A stretch of 64,000 bases of DNA, taken from the NCBI GenBank assembly GCA_046563655.1, contig CM102285.1, forward strand, positions 1,488,001 through 1,552,000. The letters run 5' to 3'. Positions 1 through 12,000 of the stretch are shown here, in pieces. Below the pieces are notes generated by a model, which saw only the letters and a program-made list of their open reading frames with translations, was not told where the DNA came from and did not search any database. The stretch is from Yuukianura sp. NJ FZ-2021. Its lineage: Eukaryota. A program made the position numbers and the translations under genes. Position 1 is the stretch's first letter. Every line of letters starts with the position of its first letter.

Positions 1-88
1 ATGACTCCTCCCACTTCCAGAAGGCGTATCCACCAAACATAGCTAGGTACTGCTGGAATTCGGGATAAACGAATTCACCCGAGTCATT
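1..88 (-). CDS. Possible internal coding exon of an unidentified minus-strand gene running off the left edge of the window
   Basis: Minus-strand acceptor cttgcttcAG at 89-98 is followed by an open, protein-like frame NDSGEFVYPEFQQYLAMFGGYAFWKWEES with higher GC than the flanks. No family recognised. Confidence 0.35.
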
Positions 89-3000
89 CTGAAGCAAGAT
101 ACACTTGTTTAGGAAATTGTTTTTTGCTAAATCAGCGTTCAACTTTCCAGAAAGTTTAAGCCAAATGAGAATATTATATGCTTCGGGACGGTTGAAGCTA
201 AGGAAATATTGACCTTGTGGTGGTAAAATTTTTCCTAAGTTTTTAACAAAACATGGTCCAAGTTTTGCTAAAATTTGTCTGTAGACCAAAATCGGTAATG
301 CTAGAAAAATGAATAGTAGAAATCCTATTCCTAGGATAACTTTTAGAATACCCCTGAACAAGTTCTTATGCAAACCCATGATGTTACACAGTTAACAAAC
401 CAACCAACTTTTACTCTTATTTGGATTTGCATAAATAGATTTACATGCACATGGTTTTATATAAATTTACCTTAAAGCAAAACCTGCCCCGACCTCTCTG
501 ACGTTATTAATAGAGAGGGGAATTTTTCTTTCTCCCACAGGAATTTAACAAACAATAAAACAAAAACAAAAACAAAATTAATTGCGCGTGGCTAATTTTT
601 TGGCGAAAACAACCTAACATAGAAAAATTTTACCAAAAGTTCCCTCGCACCAGAAACAAAAAAATAACCTCTAAATTATTGTGCGTCACTTTTTGAAGGT
701 GGTTTTCTATGAAAAAAATTTCAGGCGCCTTATGGACCGTTAACATAGAAGTTATCAATTTTTTGACATTTTGTATGCAAATCAAATGGAGAAAGTGTTT
801 TTGGAAAATGAATTTTTCCATAAGCGTTACAATGGAAGCGGAAAAAAACAACGAAGGAAAACAACCTTGTTAAAAGAATGTGTTAAAATATAATTTTTAG
901 AGTCGTTTTGTTTTGAACCTATGTAAACCAAAGTGGTTGAAGTTTTTGTATCTTTCGTTTAGAGTTTGCATACTACATTGGTGGTGTTTCATGGTAGGAA
1001 AAACCATTCTGAATTACCGCGAAAATTTTTGAAAACCTGCATACACTTTATGTTGGAATTGAAAAACTATGATTGTTGTCGACTGTCCATTGTTTTCAAT
1101 TGTTCTGTCAATTACAAATTTTGAAACCATGTAACTTGTACTAACTTTTTTTTTCTGTGTGTAAAGATTATGAACAGATTTGAATGACTTTATGAATGTC
1201 TTGTCTTGTTCAACAGTTTTAACAAGAGAACATAACTCCAAAAGGCTGTTTTGTAAATATGGTTCTACAAGGATATGTTAAGTTAAACATCCCAATGCAT
1301 TGAGAAGTTTTGAATTTAAAACCATTCAAAAACGTACTTTTTCAACAGAGTGCTGAAGATTTTGAACATCATTGAGACAAAACTTGTGTCTGTTTGACTA
1401 AGAAACAAAGTTTATCATTTTCTCATGGATTCTCCATAGGTCAAGTGACGATGTGACTAAGATGACCTCCCTTGTCATCATCATATTCAACTTATCAGAC
1501 TCTGCTCTGAAGCTGTTGGCACGAAATTCAAAATGCGTGAGAACGTTGGTTTTCCGTGGGTCACTGGACACTGGACATGTCAGTTTGTCAGCGATTAGCC
1601 AAAAACAAGATTAACAAGGTTCTTGAACATCAACAACGTCGATGTGCAACTAGCTTCTGCGCAAGAGTGCGAAATCATGTAGTTCTTGTTAAAATGTGAA
1701 ATTTTAAGTCATTTTCTTGCTTTTTGGTAAAACGTACAAAAATTTTAACTTTTGTGTGAGTTAAAAACTTTTTCAGCTTTTTTGGTTCTTTTAATTTTCC
1801 GGCTATTTTCCAAAAAGTGAAATTTTGTGTAAAACGAATGCGTGATGAGTTTTTCCAAAAGTTTGTAGGATGAGGGGATGGTAATTATGTAAGGAGTTTT
1901 AATTACATTAAAGAAACTTTAAGTTTTTCGAAAAACTTTTCGGAAAACTTGCGAAATTTTAAGAAGTGAGTAAAGTTGATTTTTCAAAATTGGGAAGTTT
2001 TGTTAGAGGAAAAGAATTTGGAGACTGATTTAGCGACAGAAGAGTAAGACTGAGTCTCACGATGCCCCAAGTTCAATGGTTGTCAGGAACGGGCAGAACT
2101 GTCTCATTAGCGGTAAAATTTGAGGTTAGAGTGTTATTTCATGGACACTCGCCTCCTTCTCCTGTGTTAACTTTGTACTTGAGCAGAAGACAAACAATTT
2201 ATCAACGTCTCCCAACTTGGCTTCACCATTTGTCTTCTCACTCCTCAAAAACCCGGGTAATTCCTGGAAAGCCAAGGATTAAACTCGATTTTGGCGGGAG
2301 AGTAGGACGGGGTGGTTCAAATAATGATCATTTCGTTAGCCACCACATCCGCCTTTGGCCCCACCACTGTGTGGTGGGGTTACTAGCCAAAACCCACCGG
2401 AGGTCACCCACTGCCACGCACAGTGATTTATTGTCATCACCCTTTTCGAACTTCCCTCTTAAAACTAAGGAAAACTAAAACGTACATTATGTTCTCAAAA
2501 AGCATCTTCTTTTGGCACTTTTCCACTAAAAATGAGAAAAGTTCGGGTCTAAGTGATGGTAATTAAAAAATTAACAAGAAAAATGAAGTAAAACACTAAA
2601 AAGACTTGAAAAACACAGTAAAACACTCGGAAATGCAAGCAATAAATTATGAAAAACTATTAAAATGAATTCGCATCGTACCGATGCGCAGAGAGAAAAA
2701 AAAATTTTTTAATTGATTTTTTTTTTCACTTTTTTTACCGCAGAGCTGCAAAATTTTGAAACTCCCAAAAACTTTTATTGAAGTTGTGTACAGGAGGCGT
2801 TTTTGCAAAATGCTAAAACACTCATCGCCTCATCCATAAATCTTTTGACTAATTACACAAAAGACGTCATGTGTTAGGCGGAGGGTTTCATTTTTTCAAT
2901 TTTGAAAATTTGGCGGGAAAAAAATTCAAAACGCAATGGGTGGTCGAGTCTGTTGGTCACTCTGTGGACAAAACAATGGAGACAAAGATTTTTTGTGTCT

Positions 3001-6000
3001 CCATTCTGTTTTGTGATTGTTATCGAAATAAACACAAAACCTTTTGTTCTTTCTTTTTTTTTCTTTTTTTAACAATGACTGAAACAATTGTTTCAACAAT
3101 ACAAATACTAATTAGTTTGTTATTTTAAAAAGATTGAAAAAAGTGTCTCAATACATGAAATAGACAAAACTTAAATTCATGGTGCAGTTCAATTGAAGTG
3201 CTCCAAAAAAATTTTTTCCCTAAAAGCTCTCAAAAATTTCTCCTCAGAAAAGCTGAAGAAATTTTTCAATTGAAAACTCCCAACGATTTTCGTCCCAAAA
3301 AATTCTCAAGAGATTTTTTTTCTCATTATTTTTTTCTAGACAGTTGTGGTGTGGCGACATTGAAAGTTTTGTTATATCTAAACGTTACGACAATAAATTT
3401 TGAGCCAAAAATTCGCACCAGAGTTCAAATTTTAAAACAGATGATTACATTAGTATTTTTGTGTTTCATTGTTTTGAATTGGGTGGCTACAAACGTGAAG
3501 TTAGTAGTTTCAGTTGCCAAAACTTTTCAAATCAAAATCTTTTTATTGACATTCTGGCAGCAGCAGCGAGAGTTTAAACAAAACGAGCCAAATTTTAAAA
3601 TTCCAGTTGCGGTAATATTTTAAATTTTGGCGCTGACTGAGCCTATGTTTGACATTTGTGGAAAGTAAGTGCTAAAGTGAAATGTTTCCTAATGTACATA
3701 ACTCCGAGTGTCTTAAAATAAGTAGGAACATGGTGTTCGGAGTTGTGCTGTACAAGGTTGTAGCATTAGGTTCAGACTAGGTTCCAAATGCTCAAATTTT
3801 TCAAAAAGTGTTTGTTCTAAATTTTTAGAACAGAACGGGACTTGAAAATGGTTGTTTTGAATTACCCGAGTCTAGTTGAGGTAAAATAGGTGTCAGTTTT
3901 AGAACATAAAACCCGGGTCTAGTTGGAACACTAAAGATTCAACACGAAGATTTTTGTTCAAATTTACTTTCTGTTTTAAAATTTTGAAATTTATGACCAA
4001 CGCTGGTCTCATCTACAGCAGAAACGGCTTTCGAAATTTGAATTTACGCGCTCTGGGTGAAATCAATTCCTCAAATGTGTTTGGGGCAATTTGAACAGGA
4101 ACAAATTCAAACAAAACATGCATCTTTTCCTGTTTTGAGTATTAAAAAGTTTTAGTTTTTTAAAAAAGGATCATGTTTGGGTTTAGAGTTTAAAATTTTT
4201 GGCACTAAATTGGGTCCCAAGAGAATCCGCCCGGAATTTCATCTCAGCTTGAACTTTAGCACAAATTTTCAAAATTCCGAAACGACCAAAATAATTTTTT
4301 CATTTTTTTTTCAAAAATCTTCTCCTTCTCTCACTTTTCAAACCAAAATTGAACTGAGCAGGTTTATGACTCCAATTAGCCGCCATAATTCCTTCTATTT
4401 TATGGCCAATGGAAATTCACCGAGGCAGTTCCAGCTTATGATGAGTTTCCGGCTCGAAAAAAAACTTCATTTTTCAAAATTTAAAATCATTACCGCCATC
4501 ATTTTCAAAATTTTGACAGGTTAAAAATTACGCAAGAATTGCATTTTCCTTGATTTTGGCTTTCTACTTTTTGGTTTTCATGAATGTTAACTTACTAGCA
4601 AAATATTTTTGATCTCTGCAGCAATTGACTTGCAGTTTACCGTGAGCGTTGAATTGCATAATCCTCAAAAATAACTTAACAAAATGTTTACTTCAAAATT
4701 CTGTGTTTTCGAAATGTAAAATTTGAAATCTTGCGCCAAGTGTGAAAAAGTACTACACAATTACCATAATGTTCAAATGTGATCAAGGGAACATGAGTTC
4801 CTCTCAGCATGGAGTCCCATCATCCCTTGACTTCTGGTTGACCATTCAGTGTCTGTCCAAGGGCCCTTGGAAATTTACTGTTTGTCCCCCACACATATGA
4901 AGGGACGACCCTGAAGTGCAGGGGCCCTTAGCTTTCAGTTCTAATTGTGCAGTGTTTAAACCGTGACAGCTGTAGTGTTCATTAGAAGGGCCGTAATGAG
5001 GTGGCAGTGGATTGTTTCATGTTCTCTTGGACTTGTGTTGTATACACTCCACAGTCCTAATTAGCATACAAAGGGATCTCCTGAAGGGAGGGGCCCTTGG
5101 CTCAAAACAATCCTTCATGCCAACCTTAAAGGGGCCCTGTAGATCCCTATCAAGCCCTGTCGCCGTCTCGTCGTCTCTGCCCCCTCCCTTGGAAGCTTTT
5201 TCTTCCAAGGAGAAATTTTGAACAAGATATGAATCCGTTGTTTCACAGCCAAACAACACAAATCTCTCGTAATTGTCTTTGTTTCAAAATGTGACCCTTG
5301 GACTTGTAACATTAGCGTGACCCCTTGTGACCCTGGAACCCTTAAGTGGCCCTTCGACTGGTAGCTTTTAGTATGTCCATGCAATGTGTACCCTTAAAAG
5401 CTGAGAAGAGTTATCCAACCGTATTGGCATTGGCAATCCCACGACAAATTGAAATTTTCACTTTTTAGTAGTATTTCAGTTTTACATTAAGTTTAGCTGA
5501 ATTGATAAAGGTTATTCGTAAACAAAAAAAAACTTTTTCTATACCAGGTTGTCTAATTACTCGAAGGTTTCAAATTTGTTTGGAAGTAGCAAATCTGTCC
5601 TTCCATGGTAATTTTTTGCATGTAATCTAAATGGGATTGGTGCTGAAAGTTGTTTGAAGCAAGATTTTTGAGAACCTCGAATCACTGGACAACCTGTTGT
5701 AGGAAATACAATCCGGTTGTCAAGGAACCTTGGCACAGAGAAAAGTTATGTTATTTGTTATGTTAGGTTTGCAGGAATCAAAAGTTAATGAATTGGAAAG
5801 TAAACTGAAAACAAAAAGCGTTTTTGAAGATTTGGCTCCAATTTCCAAGCGTCGACACCTTGAAAACGGAGACACTTTACGACCGTCTCGGAGGTTTTAG
5901 AGAACCAGGGCCCTTAAGTCCCCTCGTAGCCTGTTGTAAAGGGCCCAGGAAGATGTTGTCGCAGGGCCTTGGCGCCTAGAGGCGTCTTAAATGTCACCAA

Positions 6001-9000
6001 GGGTCACTTCTCCTAATTTAGAACCAACCACCATCGTAATTGACGACATCGACAATCCTAGTTTACTTTAAGGCTCGTTTTTTGAAACATCTGAAGGGCC
6101 CCTTCTTTTTAATGGTCCTGAAAGGCGCCTGGTCATCAGTCGTATAGTTTCTGATGTCATTTAGAAGTTGTTAGGTTTTGGAAAAACTTGAAATTGTCAG
6201 AAATTGCAAATTTCAGGTTTCTAGAGACAGGATTAAGGTGAAACTTAACGTTAACGAATTTTTTTTTGAAATCGTAGGTTGTTGACAAACGTGCGGTGAA
6301 CTTTTTCTGTTCATTAGTTTCACCATTATCATTAGCCCCCTTCCTAGTTGAAGCCATTTACTTTTACACTCTCCACACTAAAAGCAGCTTCTGGATTACG
6401 AAACGCGGGAAAAACGGAGAAAAATGTTTCAAAATGGATTTTATCCCCTCACGCTCAATTTTCTAAGACGTCTCTCTTCATTACCTTCAAATGTCAAACA
6501 GAAAAGTTTCATTAACAACTCAAAAAACTACTTCCACATTTTCAAAAAACTCCGTTTTCTGAAAAATCTGGTTCAAAATTTAAAAAAAAAACTCAAACTT
6601 ACACCAAAATGGTACTCTGTTCAAAAGATGCATCGCCTCAACCCTTTGTGCTTTTTTTTTGAAAAGTTGAAATCCATTTTAACAATGACAAATTATTTAC
6701 GCATAGTTACTCCCGCCGTTTCTCCAACAAAGCCATCATTCCGTAAGCTGCATTTGGTACACACAAAATTCACCCACAAACAACTGATTGTTGCAGAAAA
6801 ACTTTGTGTGTGTAAGTTGTGTTGACGTTTTTGTTGTTTAATAGTTTGGTAGCGTCATCGTGTATTTCCATGCAAAAACCTACAAACTTTTGTACATTTT
6901 GACCGTAAATTGTACGCAGTAGCTGCATTCATAGCAGTAATCCATTTTCTAAAAGTCCAAATCTAGATTTATTTGGACATTGCAGCAAAGAGGACTTTCT
7001 CTGTTCTAAAAAATGCTTCCTTGTCTAAAAAATGTGCTGTTCTAAAAAACCGTTTTCTAGAAGAAAGCAGTGAGTGTTGATTGGGTTTGTGGACCACACC
7101 CAAGGACTTTGGGATTCGGTGGGATTTGTGCTTCGGACGGACACTCATTAGTCTTGGAGATTGAGACAGTGATAGTTGGGGGACACTTTAATGGGGAAAC
7201 CTTGTCCACTCCTTCCCCTACACTTTTCATCTGTCTTCCACCAACTTAAGCTAGAAGGGACTTAGGTTAGGTTAGGAGACAGGGAGAGTGTCGTCTTGAC
7301 AACAGCAGAACACAGCCTTAGTCTTGTTGACATCATGAGAAATTGTACAGAGGAACAACTATTCCCTAGGAAATAAAGGCCACTTCCAGCACAAACAAAA
7401 CAGCGACCAGCACAATTTACTACTTTGTCTCCATGTCCAGAAAAAACAGAACTAAACTACAAAAATGTAGGAAAAAACTACGTTAGGTATAAAGACAAAG
7501 CGCGGTAAAAGTAAATTTTGAATTATAACATGTCAAGGTATTGGTATGTTGAAATTTCTCAGACTTTATGCGTACACTAGACCAAAAATTTGTTTGATGT
7601 TTGGTGATATTTTCCGTACGTTCGGAGAAATTTTTCATTTGAAAATGGAACTTTTTTTTGGGTTTTTGTATAGGGCAGATGAGTCACAAGTTAATTAATC
7701 GAGAGTTAATTTGAGAATAGTAGAAATGTTAAGGTTTTGTTGACAAAGCAGAACAAGGAATGAGTGGACGGAGGGAAGTTTTGAAATTTGAAAGCGGGAG
7801 ATAGTTTATTTGAAGGAAAGTATAATTAATTAGAATGTGTCCTTTGAAGGTGAAGTGTTTGAGAGTAGTTTGGTTTGATGAGAGGGTATCTTTGACTCAC
7901 TGGGTCAACAGAGGGTCAGTATCTGGAAGGAGGAAGTCTCCTTGGGAAACCACTTAAGTGGTCCATGGGTAAACACTCTCCGAAGATGACAATGGACGGA
8001 TGAGGCTCATTACATTAAGGGACGAGGACCCGACTCCAATTACATTCAGAGGCCCAAGCCCACTGGACCAGCAAGGAGACGACAAGGGACCAAGGGACCT
8101 CGAAAATCATCTTCTTCCAGGGTTCGCTTTTCCACCTCCCAGGGTACCCGGTTGGGTACCCAGAATTGGCGGCAACATGAGTATGTACCCATAGTTGTTA
8201 AAACGTAGTTATGTATCTACATTCACTAAAAACTGTGACATTGACTCTTGTTATTCAATTTAAATATTCAAATTTTAAATTACAAAATAATATCGAAAAG
8301 ATTTTCTTTTATCGTGAACATTAAATATTTATTTAAAACTCATACGAAAACGATATTTCGTTCGTTTTTGTACGGTATTTTGAATTGTTTAAGCCTTTTG
8401 TATTTAATTAATTTCGCGGTCAAAGCTCCACCCCTTTGGATTCGTCCATTTCTTCCACTGAATATCCAGCCGTGGATGAAATGCCGAAAAGTGGATATCC
8501 ATCAACAGTGCTTAAATGCATCACGAGTATTGTACCGAACAGTAGCCTAATGCGCTACTAGGTTTCGAATGTTAGAAAAACTGTGGATCTTTGGTTGAGA
8601 TGAGAGTTTATTGATAATTCCGAACTCGAAGTAGAAAAAGAACTAAAAGTTAAGTTGAACTTAACTAGCGTCCCTTGGCCAGTTGCTAAGGGACCTAATC
8701 AATCGGAAAAACTGTGACCTCTGAGCTCACAAATGGTCAGTTGACTGGTGCACAGTTCAAGGCTTAGAAAACAGATAGAGAGAGATAGAGATGTGAAAAA
8801 CAAAGGAATACAACATACAGGGTCAACGGGTATCGCCTAACCCTGGTGGTTGTCCGTTCTCATAAAACGGAGACAAATATTTGAGTAGGTTTTGGGTCTC
8901 TGTCTTACACAAAATCTAATCTGTATCTCAAAACCGTTTGTTTTCAAATTCTCTCAAGATGACAGTGACACGGAGGAAACGGAGCGCAGGAGTTTAAGGA

Positions 9001-12000
9001 CTTTTTGAATTTGAACCTTCCCACCATCACTTCCACCGCCTAAGACGATATCCCTCTTAGGAAACTGAGACGAAATCCAGAACAGCAGAGTCAATTTCCG
9101 TTTTCTACCCAAAAACATCAATCACCTTCAGAAAAAAAAGTTTTCGAAACTAATTACATCCTGGATGACTTAACTTTCTTTTCAAATTGTTTTTTCAAAA
9201 ATAGAAACAAAAATTTCAAAATTCATTTTTGTTTCTGCATGTTTTAGCTTCTGCGCCTTCCGGACACAAGATAATAACCCTTCATTACCTAAAATGCAGT
9301 TTGATCTGTCTTGTTAGAAAAACTTCATCATAAATTTTCAAAAAACGAAAAAAAAAATCTTTGTTCTTTTGAGCCGCCAGCTACAAACAAGATTTTTTGG
9401 TAATTAAATAATTATCGAAAAACTCTTTTCCCGATTTTTTTTTGTTTTTGAAAGAAAAAAAGTTTTGAAGAGGTTTCCACTCTATGCTGTTTTTCATCAA
9501 ATCTAATTGGATTGTTTCGTTAAAAGTGGCAGATCTTGTTATATCCGCAAGCACAAAAGTTCAAATGGTCCCGCACTTTTAATGTTTCAATTTAAAAGGG
9601 TTTAGAGAAACTCTTAATGATTCCTCCCTGATTTCGGAGGGGAACCGAAATTTCAAAAAAAGCACGGGATTTCTCAAATTTCCCCGAAAGGGTTAAAGTA
9701 CTTTTCAACTTGAAGCTGAAGGATTGAGGATTAGGAGAAAGTGAGGGGTGAAAGTGATTATTGATTAACAGGGTTTCAGGGAGTCAACTTGGGGCAAAGT
9801 GAGACTTTTACGCGGGAGATTTCAAAAAATAGTTTCTATTCTTCGATTTTTTTTGTTTCTATTATCTTCCTAACTGCACTTTTTCTCCTGGGATTATTTT
9901 GCCAAAAGCCACTTTCAAAACTTCCCTCCTTTTCTGGCTTTTTTCAACTTTTAGCGTTTTTTTTTTTTGAATTTCAAAAATTTAGAATTAGGAAAAGCGT
10001 TTTAGTTATTTTTGTTTCGCAAGTGAGTCGAATTCGCGCGTTTGAATTTGAAAAAAGGGCGAATTTCGAATTCCGATTTTTCTGAACTTCTAAAAATATA
10101 AATTGCTCTTTGTCGCAGTAGTTGTGTATCTCTCGATTGGTTTTGTGTTTCTGTGTGATTTGAATAATGGCGCGGTGTGTTTTTCAAAATAAAATTTAAA
10201 TCTCGCGCCAAACAAAAGACGCTCTCTCTTCAAATCAATCTGTCTCAGTTGGGAGATTCGTAATAGGAAAAGGCTGTTCTCAACTAACACGCCATAAAAC
10301 GCAACTGTTGTTTTCTCCCTCTGTTTCCTTTTGTGTCATTTTAAAATGAACTTTTCCCGCCGCCATTTCCTTTCACTTACTCAAAGTGTCACTTTGCCCC
10401 CAGAACCAAACTTTTTAAACCCCATCAACCTTCAATTGAATTCAAATATTAAAATGGTCCTCCCCCCTCACTTTTCAAATTCCCGCTTCTTTGTTCCCTC
10501 CCCACTACATTAATAATTCCCAAAGTAAGAGCAGAGTTTTATGTGTCGACACGTCAGGGAAAATGGCTTTTTAAAAATGGAATTTAGAACACACGGAACT
10601 TTATTACATTTTCAAATTGTCGCACCAATTTTTGAAAATCGCTTTTTCTTAAATTAAATTCCAATTTTTCCCGCCCGCCACACACTATGACATGTTGAAC
10701 ATTCAAATTAAGCAGGGTAACACATGGAGACACACGAACACACAAAATATTAATTGAACAAAGCCTTTTAATAACTTTTCAAAAAAATTGAAATTTTGAC
10801 TTTTGATTAAAAAAAATCCCGGACTTTAAAATTTTCTATTCGGAAACTTTCAAAACATGAGTTTCTTCCAAATTTCTACGGAAATCTCTTTCAAATTGTC
10901 TTTCATTTCCATTTTTTGGATCATAAAACACAAGTTTTTCACAATGTTACAGAAAGTATAAAGTCGGCGCGATTTTTTGAAACAAGATTTTGCAGCGTTT
11001 TTTTCTTGTTATGAACGATTCACTGCTCGGAATGAGATTCATGTCAAAATCCAATCCCATGTTTGTAAATCAAAGCTTTAGAGAAAGCTGAAGCTCAAAA
11101 TGCACAACTTTCACTTTCGCTCGTTTTTCCCTCCCAAGAGCATTTTTTTCAAAAAGTGGCGCCTTTCCTTCAAAACTATGTACTCACTGAGGAACTTTTA
11201 AGGAAGTATGAGAACGATCATGTTCTACATGTGAGATTTATCGGAGTTCAACATGCTTTTCCCTTATACAAATGGACTTCCACTTTAGCCTTCCATTGGA
11301 TTTGAGATTTTGAATTTCCTTGCTCCCATAACTTTCTCCTCCTCTGAGAATGGCGCCAAGAAAGTGAGTGTACAAGTACTCAAAATCTTCATGTTCTTAC
11401 TACAACTTTTCCAGTGGAAAGACGAAGAAAAGCTGCTCAACTTTTGAATAAAGTTTTGTATCGATTTTTGGCGCCCTTTTTCTGCTGCCGACTTTCTCTC
11501 GCTCTCCGAGCACTACAAAAACTTTTATGTCGCTTTAATACCATCAAGAGAAAGGCCTTTTCCAGAGTGTTACTTACTGTTAATATTATTAAGTGAATAT
11601 GATTCAAATTCTCCCTCCCTGCTTAAGTACAGTGTGGAGTTGACTCAAGCTCGAGGGAGGGAAAATTTGAAATGACTCCACTTTTGTATATTATATACAA
11701 AAAGTAAAAGAGGGGAGAAATTTTGAATCTCCCGCGAGACGCTCTCTGACTGTCAATGTCATCAACTCTCCCGCTCTCCTAACAACTTCACTTTATCAGT
11801 ATCCCTCTTATTCCCTCGAGGAATTTCATGAAACCCTCTGCAAGACCTTTTAATTATTTTTTCTGATTTTTCAAAAAAAAAAATTTTTTTTCAAAAAAAA
11901 GCTTTTTCGTCGTCTATTGAAGTGAGGCGTAGCTTAAAGCTCAATCGCTGCAGCGATCGGCGCTGAAATCACTGATAACTAAACACTCATTACTTCAACT

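Noticed and set aside
2062-2478. 138-aa plus-strand ORF
   Set aside because: No recognisable domain, codon pattern or splice context.
3760-4010. GTTCTA/TAGAAC-rich patch (also about 12470 and 38700-39400) as MITE or heat-shock elements
   Set aside because: Termini and TSD could not be defined, and the motifs are too degenerate to support a call.
8000-8194. GC-elevated 64-aa ORF as a possible first mirr exon
   Set aside because: No Irx-like sequence, and its candidate donor is phase 1, incompatible with the phase-0 acceptor at 18956.
11944-11957. 14-bp perfect palindrome ATCGCTGCAGCGAT
   Set aside because: A few palindromes of this length are expected by chance in 64 kb, and there is no supporting context.
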